The notes beneath the pieces are model-generated. The model had not been told where the DNA came from. It was given only the letters and a program-made list of their open reading frames with translations, and did not search any database. A stretch of 64,000 nucleotides of DNA from an uncultured Acidobacteriota bacterium. GTDB lineage: Bacteria > Acidobacteriota > UBA6911 > RPQK01 > JAPXNP01. The stretch covers positions 576,001 through 640,000 of the forward strand of contig CAVZRV010000007.1 in NCBI GenBank assembly GCA_963777605.1. The letters are read 5' to 3'. Positions 42,179 to 53,057 of this stretch are shown here, piece after piece. The position numbers and the translations under genes are program-made. Position 1 is the stretch's first letter. Each line of letters begins with the position of its first letter.

Positions 42179-42260
42179 TAGCCTGGACGCCCGGCAGTTC
42201 CCGAGCAATCAACGAGCCGCCACCCGGGCGTGAATTGGAATTTTCGAGAAGACCAAGCTT

Positions 42261-43775
42261 ATGGCCCCCAGGAATGAGGCAAATCGGAAGCTCCTGAAAG
42301 AAGAAAAGCTGGCGGGAATCCTGCGTGCCTGCCAGCGAATGAGCGGAGAACTGGAACTCGGCTCCCTCCTCAGCACCGTCACCGAGGAAGCTGCCCAGCT
42401 GCTCACTGCCGATCGGGCCTCGATCTTCCTGCTTGACGAGGAGAACTGCGAACTGTGGTCGCGGGTGGCTCTCGGCACCAACGAGGAACTGCGGTTCGAT
42501 GCCCGGCTGGGGATCGCCGGGGAAGTCGCGATGAATGGTGCCACCGTCATCGTGGACGATGTCTACCAGGATCCCCGCTTCAACCCGGCCATCGATGCCC
42601 GTCTCGGCTATCGGACCCGAAACATTGTGGCCGTTCCCCTGCGAAACCGGTCCGGAACGATCATCGGCGTTTTTGAGGCACTCAATCGAAAGAGCGGGAA
42701 CTTCAAGGACGAAGACGCGCATATCCTCGAAGAGTTGGGCAACCACGCCGCCCAGGCAGCCGAGAACGCACTGCTGTTTGAGCGCCTCGAACGGGACCGG
42801 AACGAGCTGGCGAACCGGCATAGACACCTGTTGAAAGAGGTTCAGGAACGCTACTCGACTCAGGCAATTGTAGGAACGAGCCGACCTATCCAGCAGCTTG
42901 TCCGCCTGATCGAAGAAATCTCGGACAGCCCGATCGACGTACTGATCACCGGGGAGAGCGGAACCGGGAAAGAATTGGTGGCCAGGGCAATCCACTTCTC
43001 GAGTGAGCGGGCGCCCGGACCCTTCGTAGCCCTAAACTGTTCCACCCTGCCGGAGAATCTGGTCGAATCGGAACTGTTTGGAATTGAGAAAGGGGTCGCT
43101 ACCGGGGTTGACAAGAGAGCCGGCCGGTTTGAGGCTGCTCACGGAGGCACCCTGTTCCTGGACGAAATTGCCGACCTCAGCTTTTCTGCGCAGGCGAAAA
43201 TCCTGCGAGCGCTGCAAGAACGGCAGGTTGAACGGGTTGGAGGAAGAACACCCGTGACGGTCGATGTTCGCATCCTCGCAGCCACGAACAAAGACCTGGA
43301 GCAGGAGATTTCCAAGGGGCACTTTCGCGACGACCTCTTCTATCGTCTCAATGTGGTTCACATTCGGACCCCGGCCTTGAGAGAAATCAAGGAAGATATT
43401 CCGCTCCTGGCGTCGACCTTCCTCCTTCGCTTCGGAGAATCCTTGAAGCGCCCCGCCCGGAACTTCAGCCAGGACGCCCTGGCCACCCTGACCCGATACG
43501 ACTGGCCTGGCAACGTTCGTGAACTCGAAAACGAAATGAAGCGCATCGCCGCCACGATCCGTCACGAGACAGCCCAGGTCTCTGACCTGTCTCCTGCACT
43601 CCGCCATGGGGAGCAGTCCGGACAAAGTCTGCGTGACGCGGTTGAAACCCTCGAGCGCGATCTGATCCGGTCGGCACTTAAAGCGACCGGGGGAAATCGT
43701 GTGCGAGCATCGGAAGCCCTGGGACTGAGCCGGCAGGGCCTCCTGAAGAAGATGCAGCGGTACGGGATTTCTTGA
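42261..43775 (+). CDS. GAF-domain sigma54-interacting activator
   Basis: GAF domain (GIAG...D..DPRFN, NRK...F...D..E), GESGTGKE, variant GVATGV loop, [10 protein letters not shown], Fis HTH. Confidence 0.92.
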   Translation: MAPRNEANRKLLKEEKLAGILRACQRMSGELELGSLLSTVTEEAAQLLTADRASIFLLDEENCELWSRVALGTNEELRFDARLGIAGEVAMNGATVIVDDVYQDPRFNPAIDARLGYRTRNIVAVPLRNRSGTIIGVFEALNRKSGNFKDEDAHILEELGNHAAQAAENALLFERLERDRNELANRHRHLLKEVQERYSTQAIVGTSRPIQQLVRLIEEISDSPIDVLITGESGTGKELVARAIHFSSERAPGPFVALNCSTLPENLVESELFGIEKGVATGVDKRAGRFEAAHGGTLFLDEIADLSFSAQAKILRALQERQVERVGGRTPVTVDVRILAATNKDLEQEISKGHFRDDLFYRLNVVHIRTPALREIKEDIPLLASTFLLRFGESLKRPARNFSQDALATLTRYDWPGNVRELENEMKRIAATIRHETAQVSDLSPALRHGEQSGQSLRDAVETLERDLIRSALKATGGNRVRASEALGLSRQGLLKKMQRYGIS

Positions 43776-43840
43776 GCGCGGAGATGCGGGCCGACTCGCT
43801 CCGGAGCGGAATCCGCCGGCCCGGAGCGACCGGATGCAGG

Positions 43841-44164
43841 TCAGTCATTTTGTGAAAAGTCGCCATCACGGGCGATCGATTCACCCCGAATACGGCAAAT
43901 TGTGGGCCTGATTCCGTGCAGGAAACTTCCCTCTTCAACCTGAACGACCAGGGTCGCAACCTGCTTTTCCAGTTCTTCGATTTGTTCCAATTCCTGATCC
44001 AGGACGCATCCGGCGTTGCGCAGCCCTCTTGCCTGCTCGCAAATCAGGGCAACCGTAGACCGGAGCATACTCAAGCCTCCCTTCAACAGTCGCACCTGAT
44101 GCTCCACTTCACCCAGCCCCGGCATCCGGCCGCTGCCCTCGGGCGATGACTGGTATGCCTTCAT
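43841..44164 (-). CDS. Hypothetical coiled-coil protein
   Basis: GAGGAGG RBS; heptad-like LDQELEQIEELEKQV; upstream sigma54 motif. Confidence 0.6.
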   Translation of the reverse strand: MKAYQSSPEGSGRMPGLGEVEHQVRLLKGGLSMLRSTVALICEQARGLRNAGCVLDQELEQIEELEKQVATLVVQVEEGSFLHGIRPTICRIRGESIARDGDFSQND

Positions 44165-44222
44165 TGAATTACGCCTCCTCTAGATTTCGCCACGTTGGAA
44201 ACCTTCATTGCGTTTCTAATAC

Positions 44223-44237
44223 GCACGCCCTGTGCCG
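44223..44237 (-). promoter_or_regulatory. Sigma54 -24/-12 promoter candidate
   Basis: Minus strand CGGCACAGGGCGTGC with GG-N10-GC spacing, about 60 bp upstream of ATG 44164. Confidence 0.55.
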
Positions 44238-44648
44238 AAAATGGACAGCCGCTGGAGCACCGTCTCCGATTTCCATTCAAAGCACTTCATTCTGAGTTAC
44301 TTAGAAGAAATCGCCTCGAGCAGTTGCTCGACGGGCACGAACGAGATGCCCGACAACAAAGTAGACGGCAAAACCACCGCCGCATTCCCCGACTACTCAG
44401 GACAAAATCAATTAACTTGCTTTTCATCAACATGATACGAGTATCCTGGCGGGACGCGGCGCAATGTGAATCAAGTTGACAGTCCCGCAACAGCAATAAG
44501 GATTCCGCCGGGCCTCACGGTTGCATGAATTACCGACGCTGTGGAAGTCACCAACCACCGCTCGAAAGGTGCCGGCAAACGAAACTCGGGACGGGGTAAC
44601 TTCGTCCGGCTATCGGCAGTGTCTCCGCCGTCGGGATTGCCCGTTTCG

Positions 44649-46456
44649 TCAGACAGCCTGGAAGGGCCAGATGACCGGGATGAGAAGGCTGGAAAGGATC
44701 CAGAATGACAAGTTCAGTGGCCAGCCGAACCGCACGTAATCCATGAAGCGATACCCGCCGGGTCCGAAGACCATCATGTTGGTCTGGTAACCCATCGGCG
44801 TCATGAACCCGGCCGAAGCGGCAAAGCAGATCGCAATCAGGAATGGACGCGAATCGACCGAGAGGGTCGTGGCAGAGGCTGAGCGCCACCGGTGTGAGAA
44901 TGATGGCGGCGGCATTGTTCGAGATCATCTGGGTCATCAGTGAAGTGATCAGGTAGACCAGCGAAAGACCCGCAAAAGCATGCCACTCGACCGGGAGACT
45001 CCGCACCAGTGACAGGATCCCGTAGGCGATGAAATCCGCCGTCCCGGTTTTCACCATCGCCTCTCCGACCGGGACGAAACGCCGCGATCAGGAACACCAC
45101 CGACCACTCCACCGACCGGTATGCTTCGTGGGTTGCGAGCACCCCCAGAATCAGGAGCAGGATCGCCCCGAGAACGGCGCCTCCCAGAATTTCAAGGAGT
45201 CCGGTGACGGCGAAAACAACAATCGCGGGAACAGACGCCAGCGGCAGCCACCAGAACCGTTCCCGATTCAGCGAAATCTCCAGTTCCGAAACGACCTGGA
45301 TATCCTCGGATTGGCGGAGTTCGCTCAGGCGCTGGGCGTTCGTCATGACGAGCAGGCAGTCGGACGCCCTGAGCGCGATGTCGGCCAGCCTCGCGTAGAG
45401 GGTCTCACCATGCCTTCGAACGGCCAGCACCAAGGCTCCGAACTGGTAGCCGAAGTCACTCTCCTTGAGAGTCTTCCCGATCAACTTGCTGTTGAAGGGA
45501 ACGAGTGCTTCCAGCACAGTCTGCCCGTGTCCCGCCAGGACCTGTTCGTCGACTTCGCACTCCCGGCAAGAGGGTCGCCCGTTGTTCATTCCGAAAGCGG
45601 AGCACATCTTCCAGGGTGCCCTCGATGATCAGGATGTCGCCCTGGTGAATCGGCACGAAGGCGAGTTCTTCGGCAATTCGGCGTTCTCCCCTGAGAATGG
45701 CCAGAACAGAGACCCCGTATCGTTCGCGGATCCGGATATCCCGGCAACTTCGGTCAATCAGCCGCGAGTCCGCGGGGACCTCGACCTCGGTCAAGTAGGA
45801 AGAGAGATTGTAAGCCGACGTCAGCGACGTTCCGGTCACCCGATCGGGCAGACTTCCGCTTGCCGAGCAGCATGGAATAGGTCAGCGCCGATGGCGAGAA
45901 AAATAATGGCAAGCGGCGACAGCTCGAACATCCGCAAGGGAACCTGGCCCGCCTCTCGGCAGTGAACTCACGAGAAGATTGGTCGAAGTTCCGATCACGG
46001 TCAACATGCCGCCCAGAATGGCAATGTAGGAGAGGGGCAGAAGGACCTTGCTCGGACTGAGTTGGAACCTGCGACAGAGACTCAGCGCCAGGGGAATGAA
46101 AATGACCACGACGGCCGTATTGTTCAGAAACCCCGAGAGCACGCGCGGTCACCAGAAGGAAGACCGTGACGCCGATCCACTTGAACGGTCCAACCCGGCT
46201 GGAGAGCCAGAAGGCGCCGTACTCGAGGACCCCGGTCTTGACCAGCGCACGACTCAGCACAAACAGGGCCCCGACTGTCAACGACCGCCTTGTTGCTCAA
46301 GCCCCGATTCGCGTGGCTCGGAGTCCACGAAACCCAACACCGAGGAGGAGTCCCAGCATGCCCATGGCCGTGACCTCGATCGGAAACAACTCCATCGCGA
46401 AGGCGGCAAGCGCCAAGCACAATGAGGAGAAGCATCAGGACGATTTCCAGGGTCAT
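44649..46456 (-). pseudogene. SLC13/TrkA-C permease broken by many frameshifts (pseudogene or sequencing indels)
   Basis: Consecutive fragments in different frames: TVGALFVLS, SGFLNNT, IGTSTNL, two TrkA-C repeats, ISNNAAA and [18 protein letters not shown]. Confidence 0.85.
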
Positions 46457-46537
46457 CGCTGGCTAGACATTATCAGATTCTCACCAGCATGAGGACACCT
46501 CTTGTTGTATGGACTTACGAGGTAAGGAGGACTTCCG

Positions 46538-46759
46538 ATGAAGGTTTCACAGTGGACAACGATCGGGACGGCGCTGTTTGGACTCCAGCTTTCACTGCTC
46601 AGCTCCCAAGTAATCGGGGCTGCAGACGGAAACATGGAGACCGGTTCCGAGATCCGCACGCGCGCCGGACCCGAGGAGGCATTTCGGATCGTCCTCAAAG
46701 TACTGACCGGGCCACTGCACCGCCTCGGCAACTTGATCGACACCGGCCGGCCGGACTGA
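46538..46759 (+). CDS. Small hypothetical protein with possible signal peptide
   Basis: TAAGGAGG RBS; hydrophobic N-terminus. Confidence 0.5.
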   Translation: MKVSQWTTIGTALFGLQLSLLSSQVIGAADGNMETGSEIRTRAGPEEAFRIVLKVLTGPLHRLGNLIDTGRPD

Positions 46760-46787
46760 ACCAAGGGTTACAGAGGTCGCGCCCGGG

Positions 46788-47510
46788 TCACTGCTTTTGC
46801 AGGAACTGGAAGGCTTCCCGAAGGGTATCGACAACGAAGTCGGGGGCCGGATCGGTACCATGCGTCCGGCGTTCTTCCTGGCTCTGGTTGATCAGCCCGG
46901 CGACGGCGCAGCCCGCCAGCTTCGCCCCGAGCAGATCGGTCTCGTACTTGTTGCCGATATATGCCGTCTGTTCCGGAGTTGAGTCGAGCGCCGCCAGAGC
47001 GATGTGGAAGAGCCGGGGGTCGGGTTTGCGGAAGCCGTAGTCGGATGAAATCACCCTGGCATCAAAGAAGTCCTCAATCCTCAGGGTCCGCAATTCCGGA
47101 CAGGCGTACAGTCGCTGGGCGTCGGTCACCAGCCCGATCCGGTAGTTTTTCCGAAAATCAGTGAGGGTCCAGAACGTGTCGGGAAACAGTCCAAAACGCT
47201 CGCGACTCAGCGAGCGATAAAGCTGCGTCGTCACCATGGCCATGTACCGATCGGCGGTCCTTCCCTGCTCCCGCAGGACATGTTCGAACGCGCACGCTAC
47301 GTCCACTTCAGGGAAACGTTCGCGGCTGCGGGCGAACTGCTGGTGCAGTTCGCTGAAGTAGAGCTCCTTCAAAATACGTGGAGACACGAAGATACGGCGG
47401 TATTCGAGAAATCGACTCAGAGTCTCGAAGATGTCGTCCCGCTGTTCGTTGGTGTGAATGTCGATGAGAGTGCCGTAAACGTCAAAAAGAACCGTCGTTA
47501 TTGGTGCCAT
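46788..47510 (-). CDS. HAD-superfamily hydrolase
   Basis: FDVYGTLIDI, VTDAQ, RKPDPR and IGN..ETD motifs. The start could instead be 47561. Confidence 0.88.
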   Translation of the reverse strand: MAPITTVLFDVYGTLIDIHTNEQRDDIFETLSRFLEYRRIFVSPRILKELYFSELHQQFARSRERFPEVDVACAFEHVLREQGRTADRYMAMVTTQLYRSLSRERFGLFPDTFWTLTDFRKNYRIGLVTDAQRLYACPELRTLRIEDFFDARVISSDYGFRKPDPRLFHIALAALDSTPEQTAYIGNKYETDLLGAKLAGCAVAGLINQSQEERRTHGTDPAPDFVVDTLREAFQFLQKQ

Positions 47511-47564
47511 GATCTGTTTTCCCCGTGGTTTTTCCGACTTCGATTCATTGACCTTTTTCACCTC

Positions 47565-48668
47565 TCACCTTTGCAGACAACGGCCCGCTTCCTCCACAAG
47601 CCAGTTGCGGTGCCCCCGGGGAAGCCACGGATTTCGGGCAATTCGCAGTTCTCCCAGCGCCATGTAAAAGCGTGACCGAAACGCAAGCCAGTCGAAATGG
47701 GACTCGGTCAACGACGAGTACTTCGCGTACGAGTGGAGGAAGTGAGAGATAAACGGCTCAGCGGCCTCCGAGCAGAGGATGCGGAGAGCAAAATGGTGCT
47801 TGAGCTCGGCCACCAGGAGCCCGACGTCATAGACCGGGTCCTCAATGTGCATCCGCTCCAGGTCGATTGCAGTGACTCCCCGCTGGTCATCGAATATGAA
47901 ATTGGTGGGTGTCGCATCCCCGTGGACCAGACTTGTGTAGCCGTCCCACATGGAGCGAAGTGATTCCCATTTGTCACAAAGGTGGAGAAGGTTCGAAAGC
48001 GTTTGGTGCGAAAGGTCTCCAGTCTGGTCGAGACCGCGGATGATCGTTCGGAGCTCATTGCAGGTTCGAGACACCCGTGGCGGTTTCGACAAAACGGACA
48101 ATTGGTGCAGTCGGGCAAAGAAGCCAGCCAAGAGATCCAGGCGCTCGTTTAGAGGGTCACCCTCGCCCTCGTGGGCGGCACGACTGATGTAATAGTCGAG
48201 ATTCAATCCCGGAACGTACTCTTCGACCAGGAGGCTGCCCAAGTCGCCCCGGACTCCAATAGGACGCACCACGCGAAACGGTGGGGAGCGCAACCCCAGA
48301 AGTCTCGTTCTGCGGAGGCAGAACCACTCGTAGGCCATGATGTGACGCGCTTCTTCAGGAGGCAGCAACGGGCGTGCCGAGAAGAATTTGCAGACAACCC
48401 TACTCCCGGAGGTGACTTCAACGCAGATGAAAACGCCGTGGGCGGATTCAACCTCCTCGAACTCGAAAATCGGATCGGTCGCCGGCGACCACAGGTTCAA
48501 ACGCGAGAGATAAGCGTATAGCGGATGTCCTCGATCGATTCCATCCAATCCGCCGGGCGGAGACAAGATCGCCGATTCATCAGCCATAGCAGGGACTCCG
48601 GACAGGACACCGGCTGTTTGGAACAGGAAAAGCGTGCCAGAAGGAGATTGCAGATTTGAGCTGGCCAC
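47565..48668 (-). CDS. APH/choline-kinase-like phosphotransferase
   Basis: VCKFF, HGDATPTNF, IDLE and ALGELRIARN motifs. Start is uncertain (about 48587). Confidence 0.82.
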   Translation of the reverse strand: MASSNLQSPSGTLFLFQTAGVLSGVPAMADESAILSPPGGLDGIDRGHPLYAYLSRLNLWSPATDPIFEFEEVESAHGVFICVEVTSGSRVVCKFFSARPLLPPEEARHIMAYEWFCLRRTRLLGLRSPPFRVVRPIGVRGDLGSLLVEEYVPGLNLDYYISRAAHEGEGDPLNERLDLLAGFFARLHQLSVLSKPPRVSRTCNELRTIIRGLDQTGDLSHQTLSNLLHLCDKWESLRSMWDGYTSLVHGDATPTNFIFDDQRGVTAIDLERMHIEDPVYDVGLLVAELKHHFALRILCSEAAEPFISHFLHSYAKYSSLTESHFDWLAFRSRFYMALGELRIARNPWLPRGHRNWLVEEAGRCLQR

Positions 48669-48886
48669 CTGAAACGGTCTCGCCTCAACTCCAGCCGGCT
48701 TGCAACTTTAACTAAGAGTCATCATATGGAATCCGCCGTGCCGAGTCAACGAAGGTCACGGCCCCTGCGAGGCCACCCCGCCGTCGGCTGCCTACTTCGT
48801 CAGTTGGGCCGTTTCCGTGTACACTCGTGTCTTGTTGCGCCAATCGACTGGTGAAAAAGGACGGCTGCTACCAAGAGGTACTGAAC

Positions 48887-50575
48887 ATGGCCGAAAATGA
48901 GAACGGAAATTCAAAAGACTTCATCAGAACCATCATCGACGAGGACAATCGAACCGGTAAACACAACGGCCGCGTCCACACCCGCTTCCCCCCGGAACCG
49001 AACGGCTACCTCCACATCGGACACGCCAAGTCGATTTGCCTCAACTTTGGGATCGCGCGTGACTACAGTGGGCTCTGCAACCTGAGATTTGATGACACCA
49101 ATCCGTCCAAGGAGGATGTCGAATACGTTGAATCGATCATCGAGGATGTCCACTGGCTTGGGTTCGACTGGGACGAACGCCAGTTCTTCGCGTCCGATTA
49201 CTTCGATGCTTTCTACACCCATGCCGTGAGCTTGATCAAGAAGGGACGCGCTTACGTGGACAGCCTCAGCGCGGATGAGATCCGTGCTTATCGAGGTACC
49301 CTGACGGAGCCCGGCAAGAACAGCCCCTACCGGGAGCGGCCGGTCGAGGAGAACCTCGAACTGTTTGAACGGATGCGCAAAGGGGAGTTCCCGGAGGGAG
49401 CCCACGTTCTGAGGGCAAAGATCGACATGGCCTCCCCGAATATCAACATGCGGGATCCCACGATCTACCGGATCAAGTACTTCAAGCATCATCGAACCGG
49501 CGACAAGTGGTGCATCTATCCGATGTACGACTACGCTCATTGCATTTCAGATTCCATTGAGGGCATTACCCACTCGATCTGCACGCTCGAGTTTGAGGAC
49601 CACCGGCCACTTTACGACTGGTTCCTCGATGAGCTCGAACTCTTTCACCCTCAACAGATCGAGTTCGCACGGCTCAACTTGAGCTACACCGTCCTCAGCA
49701 AGCGGAAGCTCCTGGAACTGGTCCGGGAAGGACACGTCTCGGGTTGGGACGACCCTCGCATGCCGACGATCTCGGGACTGAGGCGCCGCGGATATCCCCC
49801 CGAGTCGATCCGGAGGTTCTGCGACCGGGTCGGCGTCGCCAAGCGGGATAGCATCATCGACGTTGCGCTCCTCGAACACACCATTCGAGAAGACCTCAAC
49901 AAGACCGCTCCCCGGGTCATGGCGGTGCTTAATCCTCTCAAGGTGGTCATCGTCAACTACCCGGAGGATCAGGTCGAGGAACTCGAGGCCATCAACAACC
50001 CGGAAGATCCCGGAGCGGGCACGCGCAAGGCCCCATTTTCCCGGGTTCTCTACATCGAACAGGACGATTTCCAGGAGGATCCACCCAAGAAATACTACCG
50101 CCTGGCACCAGGCCGAGAGGTGCGACTGCGCTACGCGTACTTCGTCACCTGCGTAGGAGTCGTGAAGGACCCCGAGACTGGAGAAGTGGTCGAGGTCCAG
50201 TGCACCTACGACCCGGCAACCCGAGGAGGAGATGCCCCGGACGGTCGCAGGGTGAAGGGGACGATCCACTGGGTTTCGGCACAGCACGCGGTAGCGGCCG
50301 AGGTACGCCTCTACGATCGACTCTTTACGCAGCCTAACCCGACCGAGGGGCAGGCGGATTACAAGGACTCTCTGAATCCCGACTCGTTGACCGTTCTCAG
50401 TGACTGCAAGCTCGAACCGGGCTTGGCGGAGGCCGACCCGGACGTTCGCTACCAGTTCGAACGGCTTGGTTACTTCGTCCTGGATTCAAAAGTGGATCCG
50501 TCCCGACAGCCCGTGTTCAACCGGGTCGTCTCCTTGCGCGACAGCTGGGCAAAGATCGCAGCCCGGAACAGTTGA
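48887..50575 (+). CDS. glnS: Glutamine--tRNA ligase
   Basis: [35 protein letters not shown] and QFERLGYF motifs. Confidence 0.97.
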   Translation: MAENENGNSKDFIRTIIDEDNRTGKHNGRVHTRFPPEPNGYLHIGHAKSICLNFGIARDYSGLCNLRFDDTNPSKEDVEYVESIIEDVHWLGFDWDERQFFASDYFDAFYTHAVSLIKKGRAYVDSLSADEIRAYRGTLTEPGKNSPYRERPVEENLELFERMRKGEFPEGAHVLRAKIDMASPNINMRDPTIYRIKYFKHHRTGDKWCIYPMYDYAHCISDSIEGITHSICTLEFEDHRPLYDWFLDELELFHPQQIEFARLNLSYTVLSKRKLLELVREGHVSGWDDPRMPTISGLRRRGYPPESIRRFCDRVGVAKRDSIIDVALLEHTIREDLNKTAPRVMAVLNPLKVVIVNYPEDQVEELEAINNPEDPGAGTRKAPFSRVLYIEQDDFQEDPPKKYYRLAPGREVRLRYAYFVTCVGVVKDPETGEVVEVQCTYDPATRGGDAPDGRRVKGTIHWVSAQHAVAAEVRLYDRLFTQPNPTEGQADYKDSLNPDSLTVLSDCKLEPGLAEADPDVRYQFERLGYFVLDSKVDPSRQPVFNRVVSLRDSWAKIAARNS

Positions 50576-50786
50576 ACAGGAACTTCCATTTGGATGAACT
50601 GGAAAGCCTGGAAAACCTGGGCAACTGGGCTTTGGCGAGTTGTTCAGTCCGCGGGAGAAGCGCGAGTTCAAAAGGATGGCTCTGCACCGAGAGCCGGGGA
50701 TAAGGCGAAGCCGCGCCCCCGGGCGCTTCGGGACCGGTTCCTCTCTCTGAATGATCTGCGCCGGAGCGGGGAGACCGGACGGCTTT

Positions 50787-51503
50787 CTAATCGTTGAAGA
50801 AGCGGATCGCCCGTTCCAGGTCTTCCGCCGTGTCTACCCCGATCGTGTCGAACGGGGTTTCGGGCACGACGATCGGAATGCCGTTTTCAAGGAACCGGAG
50901 CTGTTCCAGGCGCTCCGCTCTTTCCAGCCGGCCCTGGGGAAGAGCATGGAAGCGTTCCAATGCTTCCCGGCGATATCCGTACAGCCCCATGTGCTTATAG
51001 ACTTCCCGATGAGGAGAAGCTTGCCGGTAGTACGGGATCGCCAACCGGGAAAAGTAGATCGCCAGGTCGTTTGCACCGGTGACTACCTTTACCACGTTGA
51101 CGTTCTCGGCTTCCTCGGGATCCAGCAAGACTCTCAGGGTGGAAACCGGAGCAATTCCCTGCTTCAAGGCTGAAACCAGCGACTCCAGGTGCTCGGGGCG
51201 GACCGTGGGCTCGTCTCCCTGGATGTTGATGTAGAATTCGCCCGAAGTTCGGCCGACTACCTCGATGAGGCGATCCGTTCCTGAGTTGTGAAGGCCGGTC
51301 CTGAGGCAGGGGATGGCACGCCGTTCGCAAAATTCGACGATAAGATCGTCTTCGGTCGCCACCAGTAATTCATCGAGGCAGGCCCGACTGGCGGCCTCGT
51401 AGACTCTCTCCAGAAGAGGCTTTCCAGCCACGTCGCGGAGGACTTTTCCGGGAAGTCTTTCCGACTCGTACCGGGCGGGGATCACGCCGATTGTCTGTGC
51501 CAC
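50787..51503 (-). CDS. kdsB: 3-deoxy-manno-octulosonate cytidylyltransferase
   Basis: IPARY.S.RLPGK, SGTDR, NIQGDEP, YFSR, LEQLR and GVDT motifs. Confidence 0.96.
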   Translation of the reverse strand: MAQTIGVIPARYESERLPGKVLRDVAGKPLLERVYEAASRACLDELLVATEDDLIVEFCERRAIPCLRTGLHNSGTDRLIEVVGRTSGEFYINIQGDEPTVRPEHLESLVSALKQGIAPVSTLRVLLDPEEAENVNVVKVVTGANDLAIYFSRLAIPYYRQASPHREVYKHMGLYGYRREALERFHALPQGRLERAERLEQLRFLENGIPIVVPETPFDTIGVDTAEDLERAIRFFND

Positions 51504-51591
51504 AGTCTCCCCTTCTTAGGCGCACTCACAAACCGTCAAACCACTGCTGCAGGCTTGAACCTTGATTCGACAGGTCCTTCACAAGTGAGGT

Positions 51592-52017
51592 TCAATGACC
51601 TCCGGAAACTCGCGCAGAACCCTTGAACGGGGGTGGACCCAGCTTCAACTTCCTGGTCCGGTTGTCGGGCACCAGCGTCACCGTCTTCTGGGATCCCTCC
51701 AGCGAGGCCTTTACGACGCAAGGACGAATCTTCCCGGTTTCCGTCTCCACGATCCAGGCGACATTGCCGGCGTACTTCAACTCCAGAGAGTCGCCGGCCT
51801 TCACATCTCCAAAAAAGGCCGCCGCCTTGGTCGCATCGCTGACTTGGCCTTTCAGGACCACAAAGTCCTCGTCAGGCGCCGGGACCTTTTCGAGTTTGAT
51901 GCCGAGATCGTCGGCCCAACCTGGAAGCCAACCGTTTCCTCCCGGCTGGGCGAATATGGTGGTGAAGAGCAAGGCGACTACGAGCAACCAGAGAGACCCA
52001 TAATTTCCAGACTTCAT
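51592..52017 (-). CDS. Secreted hypothetical protein
   Basis: Signal-like MKSGNYGSLWLLVVALLFTTIFA; fills the gap between genes. Confidence 0.55.
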   Translation of the reverse strand: MKSGNYGSLWLLVVALLFTTIFAQPGGNGWLPGWADDLGIKLEKVPAPDEDFVVLKGQVSDATKAAAFFGDVKAGDSLELKYAGNVAWIVETETGKIRPCVVKASLEGSQKTVTLVPDNRTRKLKLGPPPFKGSARVSGGH

Positions 52018-52277
52018 ACCAGCCCAGTATATCAGCGCCCCCTTCCCGGCGGCACAACCATGGAGCATTGCTGAGGACGGGCTCATGCCGGTTTGGGCCG
52101 GGCGAGCTTTCCAGCCACTGGTGCCATGGGAGAGTCGATTTCCGGCGAGACGGCAAATCGAGGGGGAAATGCCGTAAAAGGAACCACGAATGTCGACTTT
52201 GGAAACTGTTTGCGGCCCCCGAGCATATTCATAAGATCCGCCATGAAGTGAACCGAAATTCGAGGAGAACAACCCCT

Positions 52278-53024
52278 ATGAGAAGCACATTCATCTCGGC
52301 AATTCTGTTGGCAGTAACTTTGGGAATGAGCGGCCTGTACGCGCAAACCAGTGCGCCCGCGCAGCCGGACAAGGACTGGGGCGGTACGTTCGGAGCCGGT
52401 TTCTCACTTACGGGTGGCAACACCGACACAGCCAACTTCAACCTCTCATTCAACGGGACCTACGATCCGAAAACGCGCAATGTCATCAAGGCCAACGGTC
52501 TCTATCTTCGCTCCGACAAGGACAACGAAATAACTGCGGATCGACTGCGGCTGGGAGTCCGGGATGAGTACACATTATCCGACAGGGTCTTCGCCTTTGG
52601 TGACACTACTTACCTTCGCGACCCCTTCAAGGAAATCTCCTATCTGTTGAACCCGTACGGAGGCTTAGGCTACCAATTGCTCTCGACCGAAAAAGTCTCC
52701 TTGGCCGTAGACGGCGGAGCAGGGGTCGTGTGGGAAAAAAATCCCGGCTTCGAGACCAACACGAGCGGCACCTTGAATGCGGGCCAGAATTTGTCCGTCA
52801 AACTGTCGGAAGGAGCGGAAATCACCCAGCAGTTGAACGGCCTCTGGAAGACCGACAATTTCGAAGATGCGCTCTATCACTTCGCCGTCGGCGTTGCGAC
52901 CCAATTGACGAAACGCACGGAACTGAAAGTCGAGTTCGTAGACGACTTCAAGAACCTGACCCCCGGGCCTGAAGTGAAAAAGAACGACACGGCCTTCCTG
53001 ACCAGCTTTCTGTTCAAATTCTGA
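52278..53024 (+). CDS. DUF481 (YdiY-like) outer-membrane beta-barrel
   Basis: Signal peptide; GNTD and GGLGYQ motifs; C-terminal F. Confidence 0.85.
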   Translation: MRSTFISAILLAVTLGMSGLYAQTSAPAQPDKDWGGTFGAGFSLTGGNTDTANFNLSFNGTYDPKTRNVIKANGLYLRSDKDNEITADRLRLGVRDEYTLSDRVFAFGDTTYLRDPFKEISYLLNPYGGLGYQLLSTEKVSLAVDGGAGVVWEKNPGFETNTSGTLNAGQNLSVKLSEGAEITQQLNGLWKTDNFEDALYHFAVGVATQLTKRTELKVEFVDDFKNLTPGPEVKKNDTAFLTSFLFKF

Positions 53025-53057
53025 AGCTCAGCGACTGAGGGACGGCGGGACAGGAGG

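Noticed and set aside
47565-48668. Aminoglycoside resistance gene
   Set aside because: Only the generic APH-fold motifs are present, with no mobile or resistance context.
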